A stretch of DNA of 64,000 nt from Balamuthia mandrillaris (GCA_031835245.2 JAVKOQ020000025.1:1-64000), one strand, 5' to 3'. Shown: positions 21,968 to 38,496, numbered from the stretch's first letter. Numbers and translations: made by a program. Notes: generated by a model from the sequence alone, not told the origin.

Positions 21968-22480
21968 ATGAACCTGCACCTTTGCATGCTGAAGGACCTC
22001 TGGAGCGACGCTGAGCCTCTGCCCCTCCAGGGCTCCTCTTTTGCTCCTCTCGCGGGCAGAGACGAAATGGACGAAATGTTGGACTTCCTCTTCAATATCA
22101 CGACTTCACCAGAGCCTCCCCCTCCGCCGTCAACCTCTGTGTATGTCTACGCAACGCCCAACAGCCAAACGCCAACAAACTACTACCACCAAAACCAACC
22201 TTTCGCCAACCCTTTGCATTCTCGTTTCACTGACAGCAGGGAAATGGAAGTGCAAAGCCCTGAACCTGTTTCTTTTCCTCTTCCTCAGGCGCCGCCAACC
22301 CAGAGGGCATCACGGACACCTGACCAACTGGTAGCGGCTGCCCTGCAACAATGGGTGCCGTTCTTACAACAGCCAATGAAACCACAAATGGGGGATCCTT
22401 CCGCGCTTCAACTTGGTTCTGGTTTACGATTTAAGGAGAGGAAGAACAGGAAAAGAACGAGAACAACAAAAAGCAACTGA
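21968..22480 (+). CDS. Hypothetical Pro/Gln-rich protein with a basic C-terminus
   Basis: 170-aa ATG ORF downstream of a TATAAA (~21825); no family recognised. Confidence 0.4.
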   Translation: MNLHLCMLKDLWSDAEPLPLQGSSFAPLAGRDEMDEMLDFLFNITTSPEPPPPPSTSVYVYATPNSQTPTNYYHQNQPFANPLHSRFTDSREMEVQSPEPVSFPLPQAPPTQRASRTPDQLVAAALQQWVPFLQQPMKPQMGDPSALQLGSGLRFKERKNRKRTRTTKSN

Positions 22481-22689
22481 AGGAGAATGTATATATTCTA
22501 GCGTTGTAATATATATCAGTTTCGCTATAGTTTTGTGTGTGTTTTGTTTGGCTTCGAGTCGGAGAAGAGAGAAGAGGAAGGATAGTACAGAAGACCGAGG
22601 CAAAGGGAGAGGGAGCCACGTTTGAGAAGCGGTACAAAAACCAATGCGTTTAGAATAACATGAGAACAATAAACAATAGAATATTACCT

Positions 22690-25452
22690 TGAAAATAAGT
22701 AGCTCTGTGTTTCCTACGTTGCCCTGAACACAAACTTAAGCATTAACGAAAGAAAAAGAAGACAGGAGAAGAAGCAGAGAGTAACCTATACTGATCTGCA
22801 AACAGAAACAGCTCGCAGATATCAATATTAGCCAACAGAAGCTCAAAGTACTGTATCAACCAATCTTCACACAACCCTTTTTTGTGCGGTGAATGTAAGC
22901 AAAGAGGAGGTCAAAATAACGAGAGATTGTACCAATGAGCCCAGGAAGCAAATACTCGTTGGCAACGACGATGAGGTTGAATGCCAGCTGCATGCTTTCT
23001 TCGAAGCTCATTACCTTGAAAAGCGCCTCTCTGCTATGGATAATGCTTGCTTTGGTCGCTGTTGTACGTTGTGCCTTTGTCATCTCGCTTTCCCATTCCA
23101 TTATATCACCTATTATTATAACAACAACAAGAAAAACAACAACATAAGACAACTACCAGAGGACACAAATGCACGAATGAAAGAAAGCAAAGAAAGAATT
23201 ATGAGTTACCTGTGGTAGTACTTGCTTGTAGCTTCTCCGTGGCAGACGGTGCAGTAGAATGATTTCTTGTTTCCTCGGTTTCTTTTTCCTTCTCTTTTTC
23301 TTTTTCCTTGTCTTTCTTCTTTTGTTGCCACTCTTTCTCTTTTTGCTTTGCTTTCTCTTTTTCAGCAAGTTTTCTTCGTTGATATTCACTTTTTGGTAGT
23401 CCTCTCCTCGCTTTCATGTTGTTGCGTCTGTCGAATCGACGAACCGAGTTTGTGTAGATGAACTCCAACACGTGCAAGAAGACTTCCTCTCCGAGAGCTT
23501 CTCCCGAAAGTTCTATTCGCTTCTCCAAAGCTTCTCTCATGTTTCCCATCAACATCATTCTAAAGTATTCGCATCGTATCAATAATAGTTTGTGTGCATA
23601 CATTTCCTGTTGTTATATGTTTTTCAGGATAAAGTAACAGAAGAAAGAGAAAGACAGAATGCAAGTAGGTACCGTTCCATTAATGACGAGTACAATGTCA
23701 GCGTATGTGCGGTCATTGATGGCTTGGCGAAGATCCCGTAACAATGTTACGCCGGTTGGGAACTCTGCACAAATGGCCGCTGTTTGTCGTTGCACAATTT
23801 GGTCTTGAGAGAAAGCGCTTGCCAAGGAAGCTATCCCAAAGTGCTGGCCCACCCGTTGTAACTTTTGAGGAGGAAACTTTGCATCGCATACTTCAATTAG
23901 AAACGAAATAAAGAAGAAGAAGAAGAAGAAGAAGAAGAAGAAGAAGAAGAAGAAGAAGAAAGCAAGAAGAAAGCAAGAAGAAACAGCACAAGAAGCCCAA
24001 CAACAGCAACAGCAACAACAACAACACAACATGAAGAATAACAAGAATAAGGACAAGCACGAACAAACCTTTGAAAGGATCCAATAGTTGTCACAATGCA
24101 AAAACTCGAGTAGAGAATAGGCAAACGTAGTTGACAGAGGTACGCCTTCTATAATACAAAACTTTGGTGGCAGTACTATCTCAATAATCTCTGTTGTTGA
24201 CACGTCACAAGTAGGTGATGAAGAAGACGAAGAAGGTTTGCGAAACTGTAGAAGAGAGAAAAAAAGATGAGGTGCTCTAGCTGCTAAAATAACGGCATAA
24301 GCTTTAAGCAGCTTGCCATTGCCTAGAGTAATTTGTACATCTGGAGATACTCCAGCTTCTAGTTGCGTTTCTGAAGAACAAATGGATGATGAAGATGATA
24401 TTGATGAGGCTAATGGAGAAGGAGAAGGAGTAGAATCAGCAGAAGAAGAAGACGTTAAAAGGGAAGGTAGGAGTCGAGCAGAGACCGGTTGATTGTAGAG
24501 ACGAAACTGGGTCGCTACATGAGATAGAATGGTGGCGCGTCCTCCGGCCACCTTCACCACTCGCCTTATCTCTTCCTCTCCTCCAAATGTGGCATAATCT
24601 ACAATCGTAAAACCTACAATGCGAGAAAGGAGAAAGAGAGATAAGAAAACAATAATGCGTTTAGAAGAGAGAGAGAGAGAACCAAAATTGTTGCGATAGT
24701 TCGTGCTGACAGTGAGAACAAAAGCAGGGTCGGTAAGACGAAAGTCCTTCTTGTTGCGTCTTAGAGCAGCGCTGCAGAGATAGTTGTTCCATCCGCGTAA
24801 CCGCATAAACACGTCTGTCGAGCGGTTGTGGTCTGCTGTTTGCTCTGAGGTTGTTCTAATGTGTTCCCTTTAATCACCAGTATTAATGAAATGATATCAA
24901 CGAAAGAAGGAAGAGGGGAAGGAAGGAAGGAGAGTAGGAGAACTAGAAGGAGAAGAATGACAATAAAAAGAATAACAACAAAAGAAGAAGGAAGAAGAAC
25001 AAGAACAAGAAGAAGAAGAACAAGAAGAAGAAGGACAAGAACCACACCAAAAGGAGAGATATTTACAACAGAATTTGTCTAATTTCGTCGGTCAAAGCAC
25101 TGAGGTAGCAGCGTTGGCCTCTCGCTGTATTCAAGTCCACTTGTTGCGTTTTTTTTTTTTCAAGAAATCGTTTAACCGCTTGCACAAACCAACACAACAA
25201 GGGGAATGAAAGCTTACGGATGGCTCCATTGTTGAGAAGGAACTGAACGACGGACTTGTGACCGCAGAGACAAGCCAAATAGAGAGGCGTGTTGTCAAAA
25301 AAGTCGGGTTGGTTGGGGTCCACGTTCTTGTTTTTGATCAGGTGCTGCACCTCTCCCAGAAGCCCTTGTTTGCACGCGGAATGAAGGGATTCCTCCACGA
25401 GAGGCTTTGTTGCCCGCTGTTCTTGGCTGTGGCGGAGCGGCCTTCCCAACAT
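22690..25452 (-). CDS. Ankyrin repeat and tandem BTB/POZ protein (ABTB1-like); 3' end uncertain
   Basis: LHSACKQG..DNTPLYLACLCGH, GQRCYLSALTDEIRQIL, BTB1 PDVQITL..AVILAARAP, BTB2 YADIVLVI..YAHKLLLIRCEYFRMML..FLHVLEFIYT. Confidence 0.85.
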
Positions 25453-25836
25453 GACCTTTTCTTTCTCGCGTTACAGTATCCTATATCGAAGGAATGTGGA
25501 GAATGAGAAAAAACGGTAAACATCCCAAGCATTATCAAAATATCAGTAATGTTAAGCATGGATAAAATGATAAACATCTCAAGCTTGTATATAATTTGGA
25601 AAATGAAAGGAATGTCAAGGATGCTTGGAATGGAATGATAAAAGTGAAGAACGAGAAGAAAGCCCATGGGTTGTCATCGGTAGGAGCTATCAGCATTGTC
25701 TGTAGAGCTGGTGGCCCCCTCGTACGAGTCCGGTACTTACACCTCCATCGTCATCCAACTGCCCAGCTCCTCTCAAGCCATACCAACTCATTAATTAAAA
25801 CAAAACCACTGCTTTGGATTTAAAAAGTTTGTAAAT

Positions 25837-27090
25837 ATGTCGCTGAGGGCTTTGTTATGGCAAAACTGTCGGTCCTCGTGGCCCAATGGCCTCTGTCTGA
25901 TGGGAAACCTCTGCGGCCTCTTCTCCAGTTTCGTTTGGTTCGTCGTGCTCATCCCCCAGCTCATCAAGAACCACCGACGTCGCTCCACAGAGGGGCTCTC
26001 CCTCATCTGGGCGCTCTGCAACTTCACCGCCTCCCTCTTCAACGCTCCCTTTGTCTTCCGTTTGGACCTCCCCTTGTTCTCCAAGATCTCTGCCGTCTAT
26101 ATGCCCTGCTTGGAAGCCCTCATGCTCCTCCAGTTTCTCTGCTACCAGCAACACCAGCCTCAACTGCCGCTCCAGCAAGGAGCCTCAACCACCCCTGCTA
26201 CACGTTTCAAGCTGAGAACTCTGCTACTCTTTTCAGTATTCGCCATCGTTTGGATTGCTAGCACTCTTGCCCAGGTGATGGTGGCGGAGCAGGCCACACC
26301 TATCCTGGCTTGGGCTGCCGTTGTGCTGTGGTCGGTGGAGACCCTGCCCCAAATCTACCTGAACTGGCAGCTGCGCTCCACTGCCGCCCAGAGCAGCCTC
26401 TCCGTGTTCATCTCGTTTGTGGGCAAGACCACTGACTTTGGAGCGGCCTACCTTCTGGACATGCCCTTGCAAACGGCCGTGTTGGCCTTCTTCTCTTCCA
26501 GCCAAAACTATGCCAACGTTGCTCAGGTTTTGTGGTTCGCTGCCTCTTCTTCTTCTATTGCTTTCGCTTCTGTTTCAGTGGACAAAGAAGCAGAAGATAA
26601 AGGAGAACGGAAGAGGGACAAGGATGAAGCAACAACACTATTGTTGTCGGGGACATCAGGAGCGAACGGTGAACAACCTCCAAACGAGCCAACGCCAACG
26701 ACTTCTTCCATGGAGGATGAGATTATAAGTGAGGAACAGGAAACAGTCACCATACTCTCGAAACCATTGCCGCTACCTTCTTCTTTGTTTGGAAGAAGAA
26801 CAACGCGATGCGACGCCACTCTACTCCTGGTGGGAGCAATGATGGTGTCATGTGGCGTGGTTGGAATGGCGTTTGCCTTGGCCGTGGATGTCTTTCTTTC
26901 CGAACCGCTGGCCGTCAGCATTGCAGTCTCTACGTTGTGTCCATCGGCTTTGGCTGCAGCCCTTCTGCTTGGCTTCTTGGCTACTACGAGACGACAGCAT
27001 TTGTTCTTTCTGGCTGGAAGCAGTTGTTGGTGGACGAAGCGGAACACAAAAGGGCAGAAAGAGGAAGACGAAGGAGATGAGCAGCGCTAG
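25837..27090 (+). CDS. PQ-loop repeat membrane transporter (PQLC2/Ypq-like), intronless
   Basis: Two PQ motifs: LIPQLIKNHRRRSTEGLS and TLPQIYLNWQLRST; multiple TM helices. Confidence 0.88.
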   Translation: MSLRALLWQNCRSSWPNGLCLMGNLCGLFSSFVWFVVLIPQLIKNHRRRSTEGLSLIWALCNFTASLFNAPFVFRLDLPLFSKISAVYMPCLEALMLLQFLCYQQHQPQLPLQQGASTTPATRFKLRTLLLFSVFAIVWIASTLAQVMVAEQATPILAWAAVVLWSVETLPQIYLNWQLRSTAAQSSLSVFISFVGKTTDFGAAYLLDMPLQTAVLAFFSSSQNYANVAQVLWFAASSSSIAFASVSVDKEAEDKGERKRDKDEATTLLLSGTSGANGEQPPNEPTPTTSSMEDEIISEEQETVTILSKPLPLPSSLFGRRTTRCDATLLLVGAMMVSCGVVGMAFALAVDVFLSEPLAVSIAVSTLCPSALAAALLLGFLATTRRQHLFFLAGSSCWWTKRNTKGQKEEDEGDEQR

Positions 27091-27843
27091 GACGGACCAT
27101 CCGAGAGGCGAGAAGAGGGAGAAGATGTAGAGAACGAGGGAGACTATGAAGCAGGAAAGAAACGCAGAGAAGTGAACCAGAGAAAAAGAAGAACAAGAGA
27201 GACCCAGAGACGTGGAACAGAAGTAGTGAACCTGAGAAGAAACAGAAGAGGAAGAGGAAGAATAAGAAAAAGAAGAAGAAGAACAAGAAGAAGAAGAAGA
27301 ACAAGAAGAAGAACAAGAAGAAGAACAAGAAGAACAAGAGGCGACAAGAAAAAGAACAAGGCGAATAGTTGATAATGAACGGTTAATTCATTTATCGATG
27401 GTGATGGCGTCCTCTCCAGATTGGATTAATGCGAACAACAATAATCGCTCTGTGGACCAAGAGGAGAGGAGGAGGAAGAAGAAAGGGACACAACACAAAG
27501 TAAAAGAGGTGGTGGTGGTGCGGTTGGTTGTTGGTGGTGTTCGTGAAAGATTGTTCTCCATTTATTTATTTTTCCTCGGTTTTTTTTTGTAACGTTGCCG
27601 CTCTCCTTGAAGAACCTTGCTTCGCTTTGCTTTTCTTTTTCTTTTTTTTCCCCCTGCACAGGATCGGGCGTTACTACTTTACTCTTTCATCTTCTGCGTT
27701 CGAGAGGAAACAACAAAGAAAGAAATCAATCGTTTTTCTTTTTATTGTGATATATCATCATCTAGGATCTTGCGTTTGGCTTCTTGTTTTTTAAAACAAA
27801 CGATCGAGAAAGAAAAAAAAAAGATAGCAAAGAAGGGCATAAC

Positions 27844-29761
27844 ATGAGCAACAGCACGGCCGCCAGAAATAAACCAGCGCCGCCGCCTCCTCCCCCTCTG
27901 TCCACAAAACATCAGCTCTACTACAATTCTCAACGTACGCATTATTTTTTTGTTCCCACCACCCCTCCTCCCCCATCTTCTTCGTGAAAAATTTTATCAT
28001 TTGTTTTTTCAAAAAATCTTTCTTCTTCATGGCTTTCTCTCTCTCTCTCTCTCTCTCCATCTTCCTTTTTGTGTTGTCTTCTTCTTTCTTCTTCTTCGTT
28101 TTTCTAATCGTTCTCTCATCTCTTTCGTGCGATGGTCGTCGACACAAAAAAAAATCCGAACACATCCAAATCCAACAACAACAACAACAACAAAAAAAAG
28201 GAGGAGGAAAAGAGACGACCGAAGAGACGGACTCGCCACCGCCGGCTTTGCCTCCTCCTCAGCAACAAACGGAGACAACCTCCCCTTCTTCCTATTCCCC
28301 GTCGTCTTCTCATCACCACCACCCTCCTCACCCTCAGCTTCAACACCAGCGCAACGCCTCCACGGGCAGCATCGAACTGTCGGGCTCCCTTTCCACCGAA
28401 CCGGCCTCTCAATCGCTCGACGAGCCGGCGGACGACTCCTACGACTCGTCCTCGACTTCCTCCTCGTCGGACAAGAGAGGCGGCAGCAGGAAGAAGCGCT
28501 CCAGCTTCCGGCTGGGCAGGAGCAGCGCCATGGAGAAAAAGCCGGCCAACACGGACGAGAAGCGCAAGACCATGGACTCTGAGTTCAAGAAGAAGCTCTT
28601 CATTCGCGGCGGCGTGGTCATGAAGAAGGACAAAGCCTCTGTTGGGGGTGGTGCTGGTGGGGCCGTAGGAGGAGGAGGAGAGCGTATGAAGGACCTGAAG
28701 GAGGGCCATCACACCAACAAACGGTTGAGAGGCAGCACCATTGGCTTGCCTTATAACTTGGTGCATGAGGTTCATGTCAACACCAACTTTCAGTGGGATG
28801 GCAAAGGAAAGGATGCCGAAACGCTCTTTGTCTTGGAGGAGAAGTTGGGACAAGGGTAATGTTCCTCATCATTTTCGTTTTTTCCCTATCTTTCTTGTCA
28901 TGTACTTCTTGTTTCTCTCTCTCTCTCTCTCTCCCTCTCTCCTCTCTCTCTCTCGCTCTCTCTCGCTGCAAATGGCCACAATGATGTATATTACATCAAC
29001 AAAAGTCTTTAACCTAGTCAGACTTACCGATTGACGAGAACATATCTTCTGAGGCCTCTTCTTGTTCTTGTTTCTATTGTCATTTTGTTGTGCTTCCTTC
29101 TTCATCTCCTTCATTCTTTTTCCGTTATTTGTTGACCTTCTTATTGCAATAGAGCATTCGGGTCTGTGTACCTTGGCCGTCATGTGGGCTCCTCTTTTGC
29201 GCTGGCCATCAAGCAGCTGGCGCATACCGGCAACTCCAAGCAAGAGGAAATGATTCGTAATGAGGTGGAAATCTTGAAGAGGTGCCGAAACGCGAACATT
29301 GTATCTTATTATGGTTGTGTAAAAGTCAACGAGAATCTTTGGGTTAGTGCTAAAATGCTTCCTTATCTTCTTTCTTTTCTAATGAACTCAACTAACGTCT
29401 TTATACAAAAACTACGTTTGTTTAGATCTTGATGGACTACTGTAAATTCGGAAGCGTTCGTGACCTGATAGACCAGTCGGACCGAAAGCCATTGGAAGAG
29501 GCCCAAATAGCGGTCGTTTGCCACAATGTGCTCAAAGGAATGGTCTACCTTCACCACATGAATATCATTCACAGGTAATATCTCTCTGCTTCTTTTCCTT
29601 TGTCTCTCTTTTACTGATTTATTCTTTCTTTCGTGATTAAAACAGAGATATCAAAGCTGCCAATATTTTGGTATTACTATCACTGTTATTTAACATTTTT
29701 AGTTTCTCATTATGTCTTTCCTGTTGTTTTCTGTCTATCCCTTCCTCTTTTCTTTATCCTG

Positions 29762-29796
<35 letters not shown>

Positions 29797-30774
29797 ACCA
29801 AAACCAGATCAACGAACAAGGTCAAATCAAGCTAACGGACTTTGGCGTGTCGGACACGATCGGGATGGACGACGAGACCATCGGATCTCCCTATTGGATG
29901 GCTCCTGAAGTGGCCGCCAAGAACACCTCCTACGATACCAAGTGTGACATCTACTCGCTGGGCATTACCGCCATTGAGATGGCTGAGAGCTATCCTCCGC
30001 TGGCTCATATGCCTCCCATGGAGGTCATGAAGCTCGTAGCTACAAGGTTTCTTTTTCTTTATCTTTTGCTTTTACTTTTGCTTTTCTTTTTTGCTTATCT
30101 TTTCTCTTTCAGGACCTCTCCCACCTTGAAGAATCCTGCCAAATGGACGTCCGAATTCAAAGACTTTGTGGCCAAGTGCCTCACCAAAGAGCCTGAACTG
30201 AGACCCACAGCACAGGACCTCCTATTGCACCCCTTCATGCAAAACATTCAAGGCTCCGAAGTCTTGCGAAGTCGATTGTTGGCGGCGTTGAGAGCAAAGA
30301 AGCAGAGACAACAGGAAAAGAGAAAAGCGGAGGAAGCAAGATTGGCCAAAGAGAAGGAGGCGTCAGCTCAGCAGCAAAGCAATAGCAACAACAAACAACA
30401 GCACGCTTTGGATGATGCGAAAATTGATGAAGAGGTGGAGAAAGAGCTTTCTTCTTTCGGTACTGTGGTAGCAGATGACAACAACACTCCTAATAACTAC
30501 TCTTCCCTCCCTTCGTCTTCTCCCTCTTCTGCTGCTTCAACACCACGAACTACAGCCCCACCTGTTCCGGAACGAGAACGGGCATCTTCTCCCACTTCTG
30601 TTCCACAACATCTTCAAGCTACAAACAACACTAATCCATCACTGCCAGCGACATCGCCACGACGGCCAAGTCTTGTGCCTTCTCGTCCAGCTCCTCTACC
30701 TTCTGCTGCTGCGGGTGCTAACAATGCTGCTGCTAATGCTAAACAAGGTTTCTTCTTTGTCGTTTTTCCTTTTC

Positions 30775-30811
<37 letters not shown>

Positions 30812-31006
30812 ACAGCTGCTTTATTCTTGTTACATACGTTTACTAAGCAATTTTTTTTCACGGTATCAGAACAAAAAATGGCAAAGCTGAGAAGCATGAT
30901 GGCGGCTATGGTTCAGGAGGAAGTGGCCAAAGCGACGCAGCACCTCACCCAACACATCCAACGACTGGAAGAACGGATTGCCGCCCTCGAACAAAGCGGC
31001 AAGTAA
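27844..31006 (+). CDS. CRIB-domain STE20-family Ser/Thr kinase (multi-exon)
   Basis: CRIB IGLPYNLVHEVHV, LGQG|AFGSV, AIK, HR|DIKAANIL, DFGVS, GSPYWMAPE; C-terminal short coiled coil. Confidence 0.93.
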
Positions 31007-31715
31007 TGAGGATAGAGTTTTTACCCCCCCTTCCCCAGAGGTGGTTTGCAAGCAACATGTTGTGTAGGATCGACCAACTTTTTTTAAAAAAAAGGTGTTT
31101 ATATTTCCAAGAATATACTTTTTGTTTTTATCGATCGTCTAGACTTCTCTATCTCTCTCCCTTCCCTCTTCATCACTGCTTGTGTGTGCCTTCCTTCTTT
31201 TGTTGTAGCGGTGTTTTCACGCCGGCCTTTCGCAAACGAACTGGGAAACCCAATTCAAGAGCTTACGCCTGGACCACCTCGCACAGGTGCTCGCGTTTCG
31301 AGGCAACCCTCGCTAGGTTTTGCTCCTACCACACGGAAACGGAGCCGAACGTGATGTCATCAGATCATCTTTATTCCCTTTTCATTTTGTGTCGACGGCT
31401 AATATTACCAAATAAAGAGCGAAAATTACAAAAAAAGAGAAGCAGCTGTTGGCAGGGCAAAGAGCCGTTAAATACGGTGAAAAATTAGGAAGGCCGGAAA
31501 GAAGGTAGAAGAAGACGGTAGAAAAACTGCCGAGTGTCGTTGCTACGTTGCTTGCTGAAGAACCAACTCGCTCCCAACAACAACAAAGGTTAAACATTGT
31601 TTTTTAAGTGCGGGTTTTTCTCTCCTTCTCTTCCCTTCTCTTTGATCTTTGTTTTGTTTTTGTTTTTGTTTTTGTTTTTGTTTTTTGAATCTCATCATAG
31701 TCGTTTTCAGGTGAG

Positions 31716-34782
<3,067 letters not shown>

Positions 34783-34839
34783 TATTTTGCTTTTTGTTCT
34801 TTTAATGTATATTAAAGTTTGCTGTTGTGTTTTTCGTTG

Positions 34840-35621
34840 TTATCGACTTTGGCTTTGTCGTCTCTCTTCCAGTTCCTTTTCCACTCTGCACTTGGGACAC
34901 TCGCACCAGAAACCCTTTATTTTTTTAAAAAAAAAAACTTGTGTCAGGAAGAAGAAAGCGGAAAGAAGAAAGAAGAACAGAGCAAAAGAATAGAACGACG
35001 AAGACAAAAGAAAGCCGAAAGAATAAAGAAAGAAAGAAATCGTACATAATGAGTGTAAAGATGAGAGCGTCGAGATTGATAATTTTGAATGGTGGACTGG
35101 CTGAGATAGGTGATAAATATCTCTTCTCCGGCAGGAATGTTGTCTCGGGCTCTAACGTGCATCACGTTATTGCCGGCCGGAAACAGAGTTTCTGCGTTGG
35201 GAACGCAGGAGTGGTTGTAGAAGCTGGAGGTGATGTAGAGCGCGCCGCCGACTTTGCGAGTGAAGGAGGAGGTTTTGGAGGGAAGCTCGATGTTCATCGC
35301 GTTGATGTAGAGTGTTTGCATCACTCTTGTATACCATTTTTTGTCAAAGACTTTTGTTTGTTGTTATAAAAAATAGTCAGAAAGAGAATTGACAAAAGAA
35401 GGAGAGAAGGAAAAGAGTACATGCTCGGTTTTGTGGTTGCTGAAGGAAGCATTCTTCAAATACTTTGTAGTCCTCGTCAATGTTGGGCGGCACTTGCTGG
35501 CAAAAGCCGAGCGTCTGCAAAGGCAGCCATGTATTTTCAATACCTCCTGTGTTCCTTTGTTTATGAAGAAAATGAAAGAGTGAAAAATTTTTAATGAGCA
35601 ATGAAGATATGAGAGGCAGAG

Positions 35622-35655
<34 letters not shown>

Positions 35656-36643
35656 ATCAGCGGAGCAGAAAATCAGGAAGAGAAGCTAACAGAGAAGCAT
35701 AGAGGTTGAATGTTTGTTTGAACCACGAACCTGGAATCTAGAAGAATGCGAGCCATGGCTCTCATAGCGAGCATAGGGTACAACCTCCCGTCCTTGCGAC
35801 AATGGTCCTCGAACCGCTCCAACTTGGTCCTCGGCGTGGTGGCAACGGCTTCCTGGTACTCCCTCCACGCCTCCGCCTGGCAGTTCTCGCTACAATAAGG
35901 GTCTCCCGTCAATCCACACCGGACCACTTTCTTCTCTCCCTCTCCTTCTCCGCTTGGCAAAGAGGAGAGGCAGTGCGTGCAGCGAGTGGCGGTGGCGGTT
36001 GGGTCGTGGTGGCGAGACACTCGCTCGAGGGGGTAGCTCAAGAAGGGCCGCTCCGCGGTGATGAGCTGGCCCTTGGGAATGTCGTGGCGGGCAAACACGG
36101 CGCGTCCTCTTCCCTCCGTGCTCTCCGCGATGAGGATGGGGCTTTGGGGACCGCCCGCCAGCTTCTCAAAGTACTTTCGTCGCAGCTGCATGAGAGGGAA
36201 ATAAAAGGGGGAAAAGGGAAAGAAACGTGAGAGAGAGAGAGAGAGAGAGAGAGTGAGATGAAGACATTGATACACACCTCTTGGATTTTTTGTGGACTCA
36301 TTTTTGAGGGGTTGAGTTCTTCTTCTTCGTCCTTGGCTCCATCTTTGGAAGAAGAAGATGAAGGAGGAGGAGAAGAAGAAGAAGAGCATGATGAAGAACA
36401 TGATGAAGAACATGATGAAGAAGAGTAGGAGCGATGGGCAGGCAGCCACCATGGTTTTAAACGGGTGGGGTCACGTTTTTGCCAACACGATGGACGGAAG
36501 CTTCCTCCTCCTTTTGCCGAAGAGCAACCCCTCAAAAACGAGAATAGAGTAGGACGAGTGGTCGCAGGCGTCAGGACTTGTAGTCCACCGCTTGTCCTAC
36601 CAGTGATCATCATCATTTCGCTACTTTTTTTTGTTTTGGGCAT
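34840..36643 (-). CDS. SMYD-type SET/MYND lysine methyltransferase with a putative mitochondrial presequence
   Basis: GRGRAVFARHDIPKGQLI..ERP, degenerate MYND (CTHC..YCSENC), SFYNHSCVPN, GEEIFITY, post-SET GFWCECPKC. Confidence 0.85.
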
Positions 36644-37003
36644 CCGTTCATGTCGTCGTGATTTGACCGTCCTCCGGATATCAGGTCGTCACGAGGATAG
36701 AGGAGAGAGAGCAGAGAAGAGCAGAGAAGAGCAGAGAACGACGAAGAGAAGAGAACGACGAAGAGAAGAGAAGAGAACGACGAAGAGAACGACGAAGAGA
36801 ACGACGAAGAGAACGACGAAGAGAACGACGAAGAGAAGAGAAGAGAAGAGAAGAGAAGAGACCAGAGAGCAGAGGAGTGAGCTAAGAATCTCTGGGTAGG
36901 AGCGAGGGAGTGAAAAAGAGGGAGGGAGGGAGGGAGGGAGAGAGAGAAACAATGTTGTGTGTCAAAAAAAGTGCCGCAAGAATAAAAACGGCAAAAGCCA
37001 ATG

Positions 37004-38323
37004 TTAGGAAGAACTGAGGGCAGAGAGCAAAGTAGCAAGATCAGAAGACGTTTGTCTGGCGCTTCCTCCTTGCTGTTGTTGCTCCACGGTTTGCAGCAAC
37101 CTCTCCAACTTTTTCCTCTCCTCCACCAACTTTTGGCGCTCCGCCCTGAGCTCTATCCTCTCCTCCTTCAACTCGTTCCTTTCGTTCTTCATCTCCGCCC
37201 TCTCCTCACGCAGCTCGTTGCGCTCCTTGGCCAGCTCCTCCCTTTCCATCTTCACCTTCTCCAACTCAAAACGGAGAGTCTCCCTCTCCTGTTCCATCAA
37301 CTCTGTTGTTGTTATCGTTGTGTTGCCTGTTGTGACAATACTTCCACCATTTAAACCACCGCTAATAGCAGAGCCGTTCTCCATGGGTATGAACAAGCCA
37401 CCACCAGATACCTTGTGAAAGGGAACGGAGGGAACGGAGGGACGTTTGGCGTAGGAGGCCCTCAGGCGCTCCTTTCTCATGAGCTTGTTGTCCTCCCAGT
37501 ACTCCTCGTAGACGTGGCCATTGGCCTTAGTGCGCAGGCCCCTTCCCTGGATCTTGTCGTTGTCCCAGTGGCCTTCGAACTTGTCCCCATCCATCCAAAT
37601 GTAGGTGCCACGCCCATGTTGAGCCCCATCCTTGTACTGTCCCACATACCTATCCCCATCGGGCCAGGTGTAGACTCCGTGCCCTGACAGCGTGTCGTGC
37701 TCCCACATGCCCTCGTAGGAGGAGCCATCCGGCCAGGTCTCCCTTCCGGGTCCATGCTTAACCCCGTCGTCCCACTCTCCGGTGCACTTGCGCCCACTGG
37801 GCCAGATCATGGTGCCCCAGCCATGCGGTTTGTTGCTCTTGTTGACGGCGCCGCGGTATTTCCTGCCGTCGGGATACTTTATCGTGACGCGAGAGTCTTT
37901 GTTTTTCTCTTTGTCCTTGTCTCTGTGCTCTTTGTCTTTTGTGTTGTTGCGAGGAGAGTGGGAAGGAGAAGAGGAGGAAGAGGAGGAGGCGGAGGAGCCA
38001 GGAGAAGAGGACTGAGGAGACTCCGAGTCGGAAGAAGAGGAGGACGCGCCTCCACCCCCAGACTTGCTGCCACGTTTACGCATCTTCTTGGTCTTGCTAC
38101 TGCCACGAGAGGAGAATGCCTTCAGAACGGAGTGTTCGTGGTGATGGTGTTCCGTTTGTGGGGTGGTTGCGGCAGAGCCATTTTGTGGGGAGGAGGCAAA
38201 AGCGGAGGGAAGGGAGGGCATGGAGTGAGGGTGGTCCCTCCTCTCTTTCGTCAGCTTCTTCTTCTCACGGTGGGAGGAGGAGTGGTCCCTGCTTTTTCTC
38301 TCCTTGCCTTTGCCTATCCGCAT
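37004..38323 (-). CDS. MORN-repeat protein with a C-terminal coiled coil
   Basis: About six YxGxWxxxxxHGxGxxxWPDG repeats, Ser/Lys-rich N-terminus, heptad E/R/L tail. Confidence 0.9.
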   Translation of the reverse strand: MRIGKGKERKSRDHSSSHREKKKLTKERRDHPHSMPSLPSAFASSPQNGSAATTPQTEHHHHEHSVLKAFSSRGSSKTKKMRKRGSKSGGGGASSSSSDSESPQSSSPGSSASSSSSSSPSHSPRNNTKDKEHRDKDKEKNKDSRVTIKYPDGRKYRGAVNKSNKPHGWGTMIWPSGRKCTGEWDDGVKHGPGRETWPDGSSYEGMWEHDTLSGHGVYTWPDGDRYVGQYKDGAQHGRGTYIWMDGDKFEGHWDNDKIQGRGLRTKANGHVYEEYWEDNKLMRKERLRASYAKRPSVPSVPFHKVSGGGLFIPMENGSAISGGLNGGSIVTTGNTTITTTELMEQERETLRFELEKVKMEREELAKERNELREERAEMKNERNELKEERIELRAERQKLVEERKKLERLLQTVEQQQQGGSARQTSSDLATLLSALSSS

Positions 38324-38448
38324 TTCGAGTGAGCGATTTTCCTTTTCTTTTCTTTGCTGTCAATCAATCCCTTAGTTTTTTTTTTTTTGAAAAAAATAAT
38401 GATGAAGAAGAAGCAAAAAGGAGAGATTCGAGAAGAGAGAGAGAAGAA

Positions 38449-38496
<48 letters not shown>

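Noticed and set aside
31205..31380. GC-richer intergenic stretch with small hairpins as a possible ncRNA (similarly 38770-39110)
   Set aside because: No recognisable tRNA, snRNA or SRP motifs; an Infernal/Rfam search would be needed
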